Source of the DNA: Nitrospinota bacterium
Lineage (GTDB): Bacteria; Nitrospinota_A; JADGAW01
Length of the DNA stretch: 10,172 nt
Direction of reading: 5' to 3'
NCBI GenBank assembly: GCA_015231815.1
Contig: JADGAW010000064.1
Span: 1 to 10,172 of the forward strand
In this document: positions 1-6,883 of the stretch, piece after piece
Numbering within the stretch: position 1 is the first letter of the stretch
Layout: each line of letters opens with the position of its first letter
The notes under the pieces: model-generated
The model's input: the letters and a program-made list of their open reading frames with translations, nothing else
Database searches by the model: none
What the model was told of the DNA's origin: nothing
Program-made: the position numbers and the translations under genes

Positions 1-618
1 TAAAATATCGCATTTTCTATACTTATTTCTGAAGTTTTCCATTTTATTTTTTTGAATTGACTTAATCATTTCATTCAGGAAATCTTCAACAGTGAGATAG
101 CAAACTTTTAAGTTTCTTTGATAGGCTTTATTTCCAATGGCGAACATTAAATGGCTTTTTCCCAGTCCAACGCCTCCATAAATAAATAAAGGGTTATAGG
201 TTTGTGCAGAACCTTCAGAAACTGCCAGGGAAGCAGCTAAAGCATATTCATTTGAAGCACATTTAATGAAATTTTTGAATGTTTTATCTGGGTTGAGTCC
301 GGTATGAGAAAATTCTTGTTTTTTAACTTCCAGTTTTTTTTCTGGAACGATTTCATCAAAAAGCGTAGTAGTTTTTTTATCTCTTGCAATAAAAGAAAGG
401 GAAATATCGTCTGATTTTGTAACTGACTTTAAGGCATCTTCCAGTTCTACTTTGTAATTTGCGTTAAGAACTTTTGAGCAATAATTGTTTGGAACTTCAA
501 TGGAGGCAATGTTATTTTTAATGGATAAAAGCTCTATATTTTTAAACCATTTTTCATAGGCTTCTTTTTGAATAGTTTTGCGTATTTCAGAAAGACATTT
601 CTTCCAGATTTCTTTCAT
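1..618 (-). CDS. dnaA: Chromosomal replication initiator DnaA, N-terminal 206 codons; gene continues beyond window start
   Basis: The minus-strand ORF has its first ATG at 616-618, with an in-frame stop just upstream at 631-633 on the minus strand. My own translation reads MKEIWKKCLSEIRKTIQKEAYEKWFKNIELLSIK...FKNFIKCASNEYALAASLAVSEGSAQTYNPLFIYGGVGLGKSHLMFAIGNKAY... This has the typical DnaA N-terminal domain, the F-x-F-V-x-G-x-N motif and the AAA+ Walker A (GGVGLGKSHL). The reading frame is open to position 1. Confidence 0.85.
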   Translation of the reverse strand, partial: MKEIWKKCLSEIRKTIQKEAYEKWFKNIELLSIKNNIASIEVPNNYCSKVLNANYKVELEDALKSVTKSDDISLSFIARDKKTTTLFDEIVPEKKLEVKKQEFSHTGLNPDKTFKNFIKCASNEYALAASLAVSEGSAQTYNPLFIYGGVGLGKSHLMFAIGNKAYQRNLKVCYLTVEDFLNEMIKSIQKNKMENFRNKYRKCDIL

Positions 619-620
619 AA

Positions 621-842
621 ACGAATGACTTTACTAATAAAAGTTTATATATTTTTTTACGTTGCTGAAATATAAAAATATTGGGTTTTTTCTTTATTTA
701 CAGCAGTAAATTTTAAGTCTGTTATTTTAACATTTAAAGGTGTTTTTTAGGGGATTTAAGCGGGAAAAAACGCTTAAATTCAAGGTTATTTTCACGAAAT
801 ATAAATAAAGAAGATAATACAAAAAAAAACCGTTTAAAATTA
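621..842. promoter_or_regulatory. AT-rich divergent intergenic region between dnaA and the 843..1949 gene; presumed to hold both promoters
   Basis: 222 nt with no ORF, flanked by two divergent start codons. It contains an 8-bp inverted repeat (see the 755-778 feature) and A9 runs. I found no perfect TTATCCACA DnaA box on either strand by eye. Confidence 0.4.
755..778. promoter_or_regulatory. Inverted repeat / hairpin TTTAAGCG-N8-CGCTTAAA in the dnaA-divergent intergenic region
   Basis: TTTAAGCG (755-762) and CGCTTAAA (771-778) are exact reverse complements, separated by GGAAAAAA. The site lies about 65-88 nt upstream of the 843 ATG and about 137-160 nt upstream of the dnaA ATG. It is a candidate operator or regulatory hairpin. 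No gene ends here, so it is not a terminator. Confidence 0.3.
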
Positions 843-1949
843 ATGGGTTACGATATATCATCAAAGAAAAAAAATATGAATTTTGAAGAAATTAAAGAAA
901 AGTTTTTCACAAAAAAAAATATTATTATTGGGGGGGGAGCTATTGCCGTAATTTTTGTCGGAATTACCCTCTTTTTTCTCTTAAGTGGAAATGACCCCAA
1001 AGAGGTTCAAAATGAAAAAAAGGGGGAAAGTAAAGAGACAAAAATTGAAACAGATAAGAAAAAAAGTGATAGTAATGACGATTCGGAAAGTCTCGGTGAA
1101 ATTGATGAAAAAAAGAATGCAGGTAAAGAAAAAACAGAAGAAAAAGAAGACCCTTTTCAAGTTACAGGAATAGCATCACTGGAAGATAATGATGGTACTG
1201 AATATAAGCCACCAAAACAAAAAAAACCCTACTACCAAACTTATTACAGTCAACAGCTCTACATGATGGAAGAAAAAGTATTTAAAAACTATTATGGAGA
1301 GGGAAAAAAAATTATTGATATTAGCTTTGCCTTGAAAATAGAAGCAGACCTTGGATTTACATCAAATTCTCTGGAAAAAGGAAAAAGTGCCGGCATTTAT
1401 ATGGTGGGGGAAAAATTAAAAGACGAAACGTTTTTTATGCGACACTTAATTGTAGTTAAGGATGGAAACCATAAAACTCTTCAAAAAATACCTGTGGACT
1501 TTGGCAGCTATGATAGAAAAATATCTCCAGTTGAAGGTATAGATACCCTTTTTGCCTGGATAGCAGATAAGGAAAATGAGATGAAAAATAAGTTTATTTT
1601 CTTTTCAGATGACTTTAAAGGTATTCAGGAAAACATTGAAACAAAAGAAAAGGTATCGGTTTCTTTTATGAGATCCAATCCTCTTTACAGGTTTAGAGAA
1701 AGTATTGGAATTATGGGACCTGACTTTATTTCGGAAATTGTGAGAATTGAAAAAGGAAAGTATCTTCTCATAACGGGAATAATTTCTATTGTTGATGCTG
1801 CTCATGGTGGAGGAACTCATTTTGAGGAGGTTAACAGAACAATGTTGGAGGGTGATAATTTTAACGACATTAAGTATGAAAGCAAAAATAAGTTTTTTGA
1901 GTTTACCCGTGAGTTTTTACGTACATTTGAGAAAAAATCAACAGAATAG
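843..1949 (+). CDS. Hypothetical membrane-anchored protein: N-terminal TM helix, long Lys/Glu/Asp-rich low-complexity linker, about 250-aa C-terminal globular domain of unknown function
   Basis: 368-aa ORF. Positive residues (KKKN..TKKN) precede one hydrophobic segment IIIGGGAIAVIFVGITLFFLL (about aa 26-48), which suggests N-in topology. Residues about 49-110 are K/E/D/S-rich (EKKGESKETKIETDKKKSDSNDDSES...). The C-terminal part is non-repetitive and I do not recognise it. There is no convincing SD. An alternative start is the ATG at 876, which gives MNFEEIKEK... Confidence 0.6.
   Translation: MGYDISSKKKNMNFEEIKEKFFTKKNIIIGGGAIAVIFVGITLFFLLSGNDPKEVQNEKKGESKETKIETDKKKSDSNDDSESLGEIDEKKNAGKEKTEEKEDPFQVTGIASLEDNDGTEYKPPKQKKPYYQTYYSQQLYMMEEKVFKNYYGEGKKIIDISFALKIEADLGFTSNSLEKGKSAGIYMVGEKLKDETFFMRHLIVVKDGNHKTLQKIPVDFGSYDRKISPVEGIDTLFAWIADKENEMKNKFIFFSDDFKGIQENIETKEKVSVSFMRSNPLYRFRESIGIMGPDFISEIVRIEKGKYLLITGIISIVDAAHGGGTHFEEVNRTMLEGDNFNDIKYESKNKFFEFTREFLRTFEKKSTE
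930..937 (+). repeat. G8 homopolymeric tract inside the coding sequence (codons GGG GGG GGA = Gly30-32) of the 843..1949 gene
   Basis: Eight consecutive G read directly at 930-937, in a genome where G/C runs are otherwise rare. The tract sits at the start of the TM-coding segment. Confidence 0.6.
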
Positions 1950-2003
1950 GAGAAAGGGTTAAAACCCTAGAAATAACCTTAATACAAAGAAAACAGGAGC
2001 TAC

Positions 2004-3134
2004 TTACTCATCAGGTTTTAAATCAAACTGACGACTGAAATTATCAAACTTTTTTAGAAGTTCTTCTGAAAAAAGCGTATTCCAGGAGCTAATTTTATTT
2101 ATTGCATCACTAACATGCATTTTGTTATGGATTCCATATTGGGAAGTAAGGGAATCAAAGAGAGTAATAATTCCTGCAACTTGTGAAATGTCATCAAGCT
2201 GCTCACCTTTTTTTTGCTTGGGAAACCCACTTCCATTTAACCGTTCATGATGGTTTTCAATAAACTTTTGAGCATTAGCTGGTAACCCAAGGGTTTTTCC
2301 CAATGAGCTTCCTTCTTCAACATGTTTCATATAGTCTGCATAGTCTTTTTGAGGGAGAGCTTTTGGGTTAACTAAAACAGGAATATGTAAAAGAAGGCAT
2401 CCAAAGTCGTGAAAAAAGGCACCAAGACTTGCTTCAATGAGCTTATTCTTTTCCCACTTAAGGGAAACTCCAAACATTAGCATTAACAGGGTTGTATTTA
2501 CCGTATGAACTGGAAGATAGTCATCACCTTCAATAACTTCGTAAATTACCCCTACATATTCTCCTGAGCTAAACAAGGTATAGGCATTTTCTAGCTTTTC
2601 TCCTATTTCTTCCATTTCGCTTTGGCTGATTGAACCTGATGCCATAAAGTTGTCTATAACAAGTTGAGTAAACTTTAAGAAGTCTTTTACAAAAGGTGAA
2701 AGGGTTTTTGAAAGTTTAATTTTCTTATATTTTGCAACCTCCCCTTCCTCATTGAGAAGGTGATAGACTTTTTCTAAAAATATTTCTGGGTTTTTTAACA
2801 ACCTGCCTTTGTTCAGGTAGTCGTTTGCTCCAGCCTCAAGGAGCTTGTTTAACTCTGTTGGGTTGCTTTCACCTGTTAAGATTAAAATTGGAGTTTTAGC
2901 ATCTTCCGGGTTTACAGATGATCTAATTTTTTTAACAGCTTGAAGTCCGTTCATTTTAGGCATGTGATAGTCAAGAATTACCAACTTTATGTTTTGGTTG
3001 GGAAAAAGCTTTAAAGCCATTTCCCCATGGTCGGCAAGAATAACGTTAAAGCCCTTACGAAAGAGAATTTGCTTACCTACCTTTTGAATGATGAGACTAT
3101 CATCAACCAATAAAACTTTTGGTTTTTCTGCCAT
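2004..3134 (-). CDS. Two-component response regulator with C-terminal HD-GYP domain (putative c-di-GMP phosphodiesterase, RpfG-like)
   Basis: The N-terminal receiver reads KVLLVDDSLIIQ...LVILDYHMPKMNG...ILILTGES...YLNKG, with the DD pair, the phospho-acceptor Asp in LDYHMP, and the T and K positions. The C-terminal part carries the His ligand in PVHTV, FHDFG (HD), KHVEEG, the signature ENHHERLNGSGFP (an HHExxDGSGYP-type motif, here GFP rather than GYP) and a downstream FDSL Asp. An SD-like AAGG lies 8 nt upstream of the ATG. Confidence 0.85.
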   Translation of the reverse strand: MAEKPKVLLVDDSLIIQKVGKQILFRKGFNVILADHGEMALKLFPNQNIKLVILDYHMPKMNGLQAVKKIRSSVNPEDAKTPILILTGESNPTELNKLLEAGANDYLNKGRLLKNPEIFLEKVYHLLNEEGEVAKYKKIKLSKTLSPFVKDFLKFTQLVIDNFMASGSISQSEMEEIGEKLENAYTLFSSGEYVGVIYEVIEGDDYLPVHTVNTTLLMLMFGVSLKWEKNKLIEASLGAFFHDFGCLLLHIPVLVNPKALPQKDYADYMKHVEEGSSLGKTLGLPANAQKFIENHHERLNGSGFPKQKKGEQLDDISQVAGIITLFDSLTSQYGIHNKMHVSDAINKISSWNTLFSEELLKKFDNFSRQFDLKPDE

Positions 3135-3150
3135 ATAACCTTAGTTCAAC

Positions 3151-3170
3151 TATTTTGTTACGATAAAATA
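3151..3170. promoter_or_regulatory. Inverted repeat TATTTT-N8-AAAATA in the divergent promoter region between the HD-GYP regulator gene and the ArsR-family gene; candidate operator
   Basis: TATTTT (3151-3156) and AAAATA (3165-3170) are reverse complements. Nearby, TTGTAA occurs as a direct repeat at 3179-3184 and 3194-3199, together with the palindrome CAATTG at 3191-3196. ArsR-family proteins typically bind inverted repeats overlapping their own promoter. In AT-rich DNA such repeats also arise by chance. Confidence 0.2.
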
Positions 3171-3235
3171 TTTTAGGCTTGTAATTATAGCAATTGTAAA
3201 GAGTGGAATACTATTAAAAATAAGTACAACATAAA

Positions 3236-3547
3236 ATGGTGACAAAAATAGTTCCCGATAAAGTTTTGGGTGAAATAACTCCTCTGTTAAAAGTAATATC
3301 AAGCCCTTTACGGTTAAAAATATTAAACTTTCTTGAGGAAGAGGAAAAAGCTGTTTTTGAAATTGTTGGCTTCACTGGAGCTTCACAGGCATTGGTAAGT
3401 CACCACTTAACAATAATGAGAAAAAATCGTGTAATAAGGTGCAGGAAAGAAAAAAACTTTATTTATTACTCAATTGGCAATGACTACATATATTATTTCC
3501 TTGAGAGTATTAGAACCCTAAAGAGTAGCTGCCCTGATAAGCGATAG
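3236..3547 (+). CDS. ArsR/SmtB-family winged-helix transcriptional regulator
   Basis: The 103-aa protein contains LKVISSPLRLKILNFLEEEEKAVFEIVGFTGASQALVSHHLTIMRKNRVI...FIYYSI. This fits the ArsR HTH pattern (P-x-RL-x-IL, then Q-x-x-VSHHL, then a Y-Y-x-L wing). The canonical ELCVCDL metal-binding cysteines are absent, replaced by KAVFEIV. Confidence 0.7.
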   Translation: MVTKIVPDKVLGEITPLLKVISSPLRLKILNFLEEEEKAVFEIVGFTGASQALVSHHLTIMRKNRVIRCRKEKNFIYYSIGNDYIYYFLESIRTLKSSCPDKR

Positions 3548-3554
3548 TGAGAGG

Positions 3555-4337
3555 CTATTGTCCGGTAAGTTCTTTAATTTTTTCTGTAATGTTAGGACTT
3601 TTAACCAGAGAAGTGCCAATTAAAAACCCATTTACTCCATTACCTTCAAGAAAAGTTACATCACTTCGGCCTTCAATACCGCTTTCACTAATGACTTTAC
3701 AGGAGAAGTCAACTTTTTCCATTAACTGTGGTGTTCTTTTAATATCAATAGAAAAGTCCTTGAGGTTTCTGTTATTAATACCCAAAACATTTGGCTTAAA
3801 AGATCTTACCTTTTTAAGCTCATCTTCGTTATGGATTTCTACAAGAGTTCCTAGCCCCAGTTTATGGGCAAGTTCACTATAGTTTTGCATTTCTTTTTCT
3901 GTGAGAATTGCAGCAATGAGGAGAATAAGGTCTGCTCCCATACCTTTTGCTTCATAAATTTGATAAGGGTCAACAATAAAATCCTTTCTAAGAATAAGTG
4001 AGCTCGTTTCTTTTCGTATGCTTTTTAAGACCTCAATACTTCCCTGAAAAAAAGCTTCATCAGTAAGGACAGAAATTGTAGGGATATTGTTTGTAATATA
4101 CTCTTTTGCAATATCAAGGTGGTTAAAATGAGGAATAAAGCCTTCCGGACAAGATGGGGAAGCTTTTTTTACTTCGGCAATAAGGTAGGTTCCCGTAACG
4201 TTTTCTATTGACTGGTAAAAACGGTTTGGATTCCCTTCCAAAGGAGTTTTCTCAATAAGAGCCTCAAAAGAGAGGCAATTTTTTGCTTTTTCTACCTCCC
4301 CCTTTTTATGTTCCACTATTTTTTCGAGAATATTCAT
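3555..4337 (-). CDS. trpC: Indole-3-glycerol phosphate synthase (TrpC)
   Basis: The 260-aa protein has the whole set of IGPS motifs: LIAEVKKASPS, ISVLTDEAFFQGS, LILRKDFIVDPYQIYEAK, GADLILLIAAIL, LVEIHNEDEL, LGINNRNLKDFSIDI, ISESGI and FLIGTSL. Its start codon overlaps the stop of the upstream membrane-protein gene (ATGA at 4334-4337). Confidence 0.9.
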   Translation of the reverse strand: MNILEKIVEHKKGEVEKAKNCLSFEALIEKTPLEGNPNRFYQSIENVTGTYLIAEVKKASPSCPEGFIPHFNHLDIAKEYITNNIPTISVLTDEAFFQGSIEVLKSIRKETSSLILRKDFIVDPYQIYEAKGMGADLILLIAAILTEKEMQNYSELAHKLGLGTLVEIHNEDELKKVRSFKPNVLGINNRNLKDFSIDIKRTPQLMEKVDFSCKVISESGIEGRSDVTFLEGNGVNGFLIGTSLVKSPNITEKIKELTGQ

Positions 4338-5794
4338 CGTTTAATAACCTTTAATTTACCTAAAACCATTTCATAAAAGCTGCTTCTTTGATGGTGGGTT
4401 GTTGTTAAAAAGAACCAGCAAACAATCAATAAGAACTTTACTATTTCGTATCCTTCCTCTAAGAGAAATATATTAGCAGAGATGAATACGACCCCATACA
4501 AAAAAAGTACAATAACCTCTCCATCTGGTTTCATAGACAGTTCTTTAACATGGTATATCAAAAGGGAAAGAAATAATAGACAATTAGAAAGAAAGTGTAT
4601 AGTAACAATTGCCTTTATTCCTGTTATATCTGCTAAGAGAAAAAAGAGAAAAAGAAAGACAAGTGAAGCTCCACCATTGAGAAATAAGTATATCTTCAAC
4701 CTTCTCTGTGCAAGAAGGGAGGTGGAATAAACATAACTTAAAAGAAAAAAATAATCTCCTGAAAGTTGAAAGGTAAGAAGGTTTTTTGCGTTTAAAAAAT
4801 CTTTAGAAAAAAGCAAAAGAATTAAATATTCTCCAACCAGTAAAAGCAGACAAATTATGGGCGGCGTAAAAGTCAGAAAAAACCTTAATGTATCATTTAA
4901 GAGTTTATTTCTTTCTTTATTGTTTGTTGCGGCACTTAGGGAGGGGTAAAAATGCCCCCAAACTCCTTTGGTTAAAAATGGCTGGTAGTAGCTTGAAATA
5001 GAAAAAACAACCTGATAAAGTCCGTTTGCTGCAACACCTACTTTTTTAATAAACTCTGTTCTGACCAATAAGAACGTTAAAAGGTTCAGTGCGGAGTTAG
5101 AAAAGTTAGTAATACCAAATTTTATTAACCCCCATGAGTTTATTTCCCTTTCTCCTTCTTTGTATATTGAGGCTATTTCTTTAACTGAATAATATTTTTT
5201 TCCCCAGAAAACAAAAATTACAAAGGTAATAACAGAGCCAATGAGAATAGAAATAATTGCTCCCTCAAGTTTATAAAAATAAACCAGACTCACGAAAAAG
5301 AACAAAACAATAAACCCATTTAAAATCATTGCTTTAGTGTAACGGGAATAGTCTTTATTACCCATAAATAAAGGGTAAAAGAAACCATTATAGGCAACGG
5401 TAAAAGGAATTGTTAAAAGCAAAACAAAAAAGAGAGGTTTATACTCTTCTGTTTGAAAGATATATAAAGCCAGAGGGTTTGAGGCAATAAAGGCTATAAG
5501 TAAAAAAATGGATGTTGCAATAAGCTGAATTTTTAGAGAAAGATAGAGGGTTGCATTATATTTTTTTTGACTTTTTTCCCCTAATGCTTCTGCTAAATAT
5601 GATGAGGTTCCTGAGGCAAGTGCAAAGCTACATAGAGTTGTAAGGAATGTTATAAAAAGATTTGCCTGAGCAAGGTACCCAACACCAACAACTCCTAACA
5701 CAAGGGCACTAACTTTTGCACGGGCAACGCCAAAAACAATATTCGCAAGAGTTCCAAAACCCATTACAAAACTTGCGTGCGTTATTTTTTTCAT
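4334..5794 (-). CDS. Polytopic inner-membrane protein, MOP-superfamily flippase-like (MurJ/Wzx-type lipid-linked oligosaccharide or polysaccharide transporter)
   Basis: 486 aa with about 12-14 predicted hydrophobic helices. The N-terminal pattern ASFVMGFGTLANIVFGVARAKVSALVLGVVGVGYLAQ...FALASG...YLAEALGEKS resembles the MurJ/Wzx N-terminus (TL-x-SR-x-GF-x-R...FAEGA...AEYKS). Family placement is from memory only. The gene is translationally coupled to trpC. Confidence 0.55.
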   Translation of the reverse strand: MKKITHASFVMGFGTLANIVFGVARAKVSALVLGVVGVGYLAQANLFITFLTTLCSFALASGTSSYLAEALGEKSQKKYNATLYLSLKIQLIATSIFLLIAFIASNPLALYIFQTEEYKPLFFVLLLTIPFTVAYNGFFYPLFMGNKDYSRYTKAMILNGFIVLFFFVSLVYFYKLEGAIISILIGSVITFVIFVFWGKKYYSVKEIASIYKEGEREINSWGLIKFGITNFSNSALNLLTFLLVRTEFIKKVGVAANGLYQVVFSISSYYQPFLTKGVWGHFYPSLSAATNNKERNKLLNDTLRFFLTFTPPIICLLLLVGEYLILLLFSKDFLNAKNLLTFQLSGDYFFLLSYVYSTSLLAQRRLKIYLFLNGGASLVFLFLFFLLADITGIKAIVTIHFLSNCLLFLSLLIYHVKELSMKPDGEVIVLFLYGVVFISANIFLLEEGYEIVKFLLIVCWFFLTTTHHQRSSFYEMVLGKLKVIKR

Positions 5795-5888
5795 TTCTTT
5801 ATTTCTCTGTTATTAATACTCAAAAAGAACAACTGTAGAAAAAAAGTTAAAGAAAAAGAAAGAAAAACTTTAGGAAATACCAGAAACG

Positions 5889-6827
5889 TTAAAAACAAGA
5901 CTGAATAAGGGCTTCCCTTAAATTAAGCCCTTCACCAAGTTCATCTTCTGAGGTACAGGAAAAAAGGTCGCCGGATTTTGTGCAGGTCACTTTTTTATTA
6001 AAGTCGTTTGGACAATATTTATTGTAATATTTATAACTATCCAACGTAATTTCATTTTCTGAAAGAAGTGTGTTTGTTGTTTGGAGGTCATCTTCATATT
6101 CGCTTTCCATAAAATCATTTTCTTTCATGGCTTCTCTCTCTTCTTTTTCAATTGCTATTAGTGATCGTATGTTATCGTATTTTCTTTGTAGTTTACCTTC
6201 TTCCCAGACCCCTTCGTAAGTTGAGCCATCAATGAAATGAAGAGTTCCTTTGCCGCTTTCCAAATTATTTTTCCAGCCCCCTATATAGGTGATTCCATTT
6301 TCATATTGACGCATACCGTTTCCATCTCTTTGATCATTTTTCCACTCACCTTCATAGCGGTCAATTTTACCCTCGTCATTAATCCAAACCATTGTTCCAG
6401 TACCATGCCTTTTGTTGTTTTCCCAGTCACCAGTATATTTGTTACTTTTATTTCCATAAAATGCTGTTCCTTTTCCGCTTCGCATACCATCTTTAAAATC
6501 TCCTTCATAGACATAAAACTCAGGTAATTGTTTCTCAACTCCCTTACCGTGCTTTTTGTCATTTTCCCATTCTCCATTATATTCAAAGCCACTGCCATCT
6601 GTAAAAACACCCTTGCCATGCCTCTTTCCATTCAACCACTCCCCCTTGTATTTATTATTATTTGACCACTCAAATGTTCCATATCCTGTTGTACAGTTAC
6701 CCGTCGTACAGTTATTTCCCCAGAGACAAACCCTGTCTGTTGGGTAATCAGGCCATAAACAATAAGCGTATGAGGTGCATGTTGAAGAGAAAAAAATGAG
6801 GAGAAAGGAATATAAAATCTTTTTCAT
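5889..6827 (-). CDS. Secreted MORN-repeat protein with Cys-rich N- and C-terminal caps
   Basis: The signal peptide is MKKILYSFLLIFFSSTCTSYA, with an A-x-A-type cleavage site. It is followed by about seven roughly 23-aa repeats of the MORN type Y-x-G-(E/D)-W-x-N-(G/D)-K-x-H-G-x-G (YKGEWLNGKRHGKG, YNGEWENDKKHGKG, YEGDFKDGMRSGKG, YTGDWENNKRHGTG, YEGEWKNDQRDGNG, YIGGWKNNLESGKG, YEGVWEEGKL). The C-terminal tail is acidic. Cysteine clusters sit after the signal peptide (CLWPDYPTDRVCLWGNNCTTGNCTTG) and at the C-terminus (4 Cys). Confidence 0.8.
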   Translation of the reverse strand: MKKILYSFLLIFFSSTCTSYAYCLWPDYPTDRVCLWGNNCTTGNCTTGYGTFEWSNNNKYKGEWLNGKRHGKGVFTDGSGFEYNGEWENDKKHGKGVEKQLPEFYVYEGDFKDGMRSGKGTAFYGNKSNKYTGDWENNKRHGTGTMVWINDEGKIDRYEGEWKNDQRDGNGMRQYENGITYIGGWKNNLESGKGTLHFIDGSTYEGVWEEGKLQRKYDNIRSLIAIEKEEREAMKENDFMESEYEDDLQTTNTLLSENEITLDSYKYYNKYCPNDFNKKVTCTKSGDLFSCTSEDELGEGLNLREALIQSCF

Positions 6828-6883
6828 AACGTTTTATTTTTTGAGTTGAAGCCAAAACCAAAATACCTTTTTATTCTAAACTT

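Noticed and set aside
985-1173. 62-aa Lys-rich ORF (MEMTPKRFKMKKRGKVKRQ...) on the + strand
   Set aside because: It lies in an alternative frame entirely inside the 843..1949 gene. Its lysine richness is a by-product of the A-rich coding sequence of the K/E linker. It has no independent start signals.
1605-1820. 71-aa minus-strand ORF antisense to the 843..1949 gene
   Set aside because: Antisense overlap with a longer, better-supported gene. Low-complexity composition. No SD.
1955-1968. AGGGT-TAAA-ACCCT hairpin between the convergent 843..1949 and HD-GYP regulator genes, considered as a bidirectional terminator
   Set aside because: The stem is only 5 bp and there is no flanking U/A run on either strand. 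That is too weak to call an intrinsic terminator.
3547-3882. 111-aa + strand ORF overlapping trpC antisense
   Set aside because: It lies completely within the strongly supported trpC coding region on the opposite strand. Pro/Ser/Leu-rich composition typical of antisense frames.
4482-4730. 82-aa + strand ORF inside the flippase gene
   Set aside because: Antisense to a 486-aa membrane-protein gene. Its basic low-complexity content mirrors the A/T composition.
6237-6747. Three short ORFs (96, 116 and 63 aa) overlapping the MORN gene on both strands
   Set aside because: All are alternative frames of the periodic MORN-repeat coding sequence. The 312-aa frame with a signal peptide and seven canonical repeats is clearly the real one.
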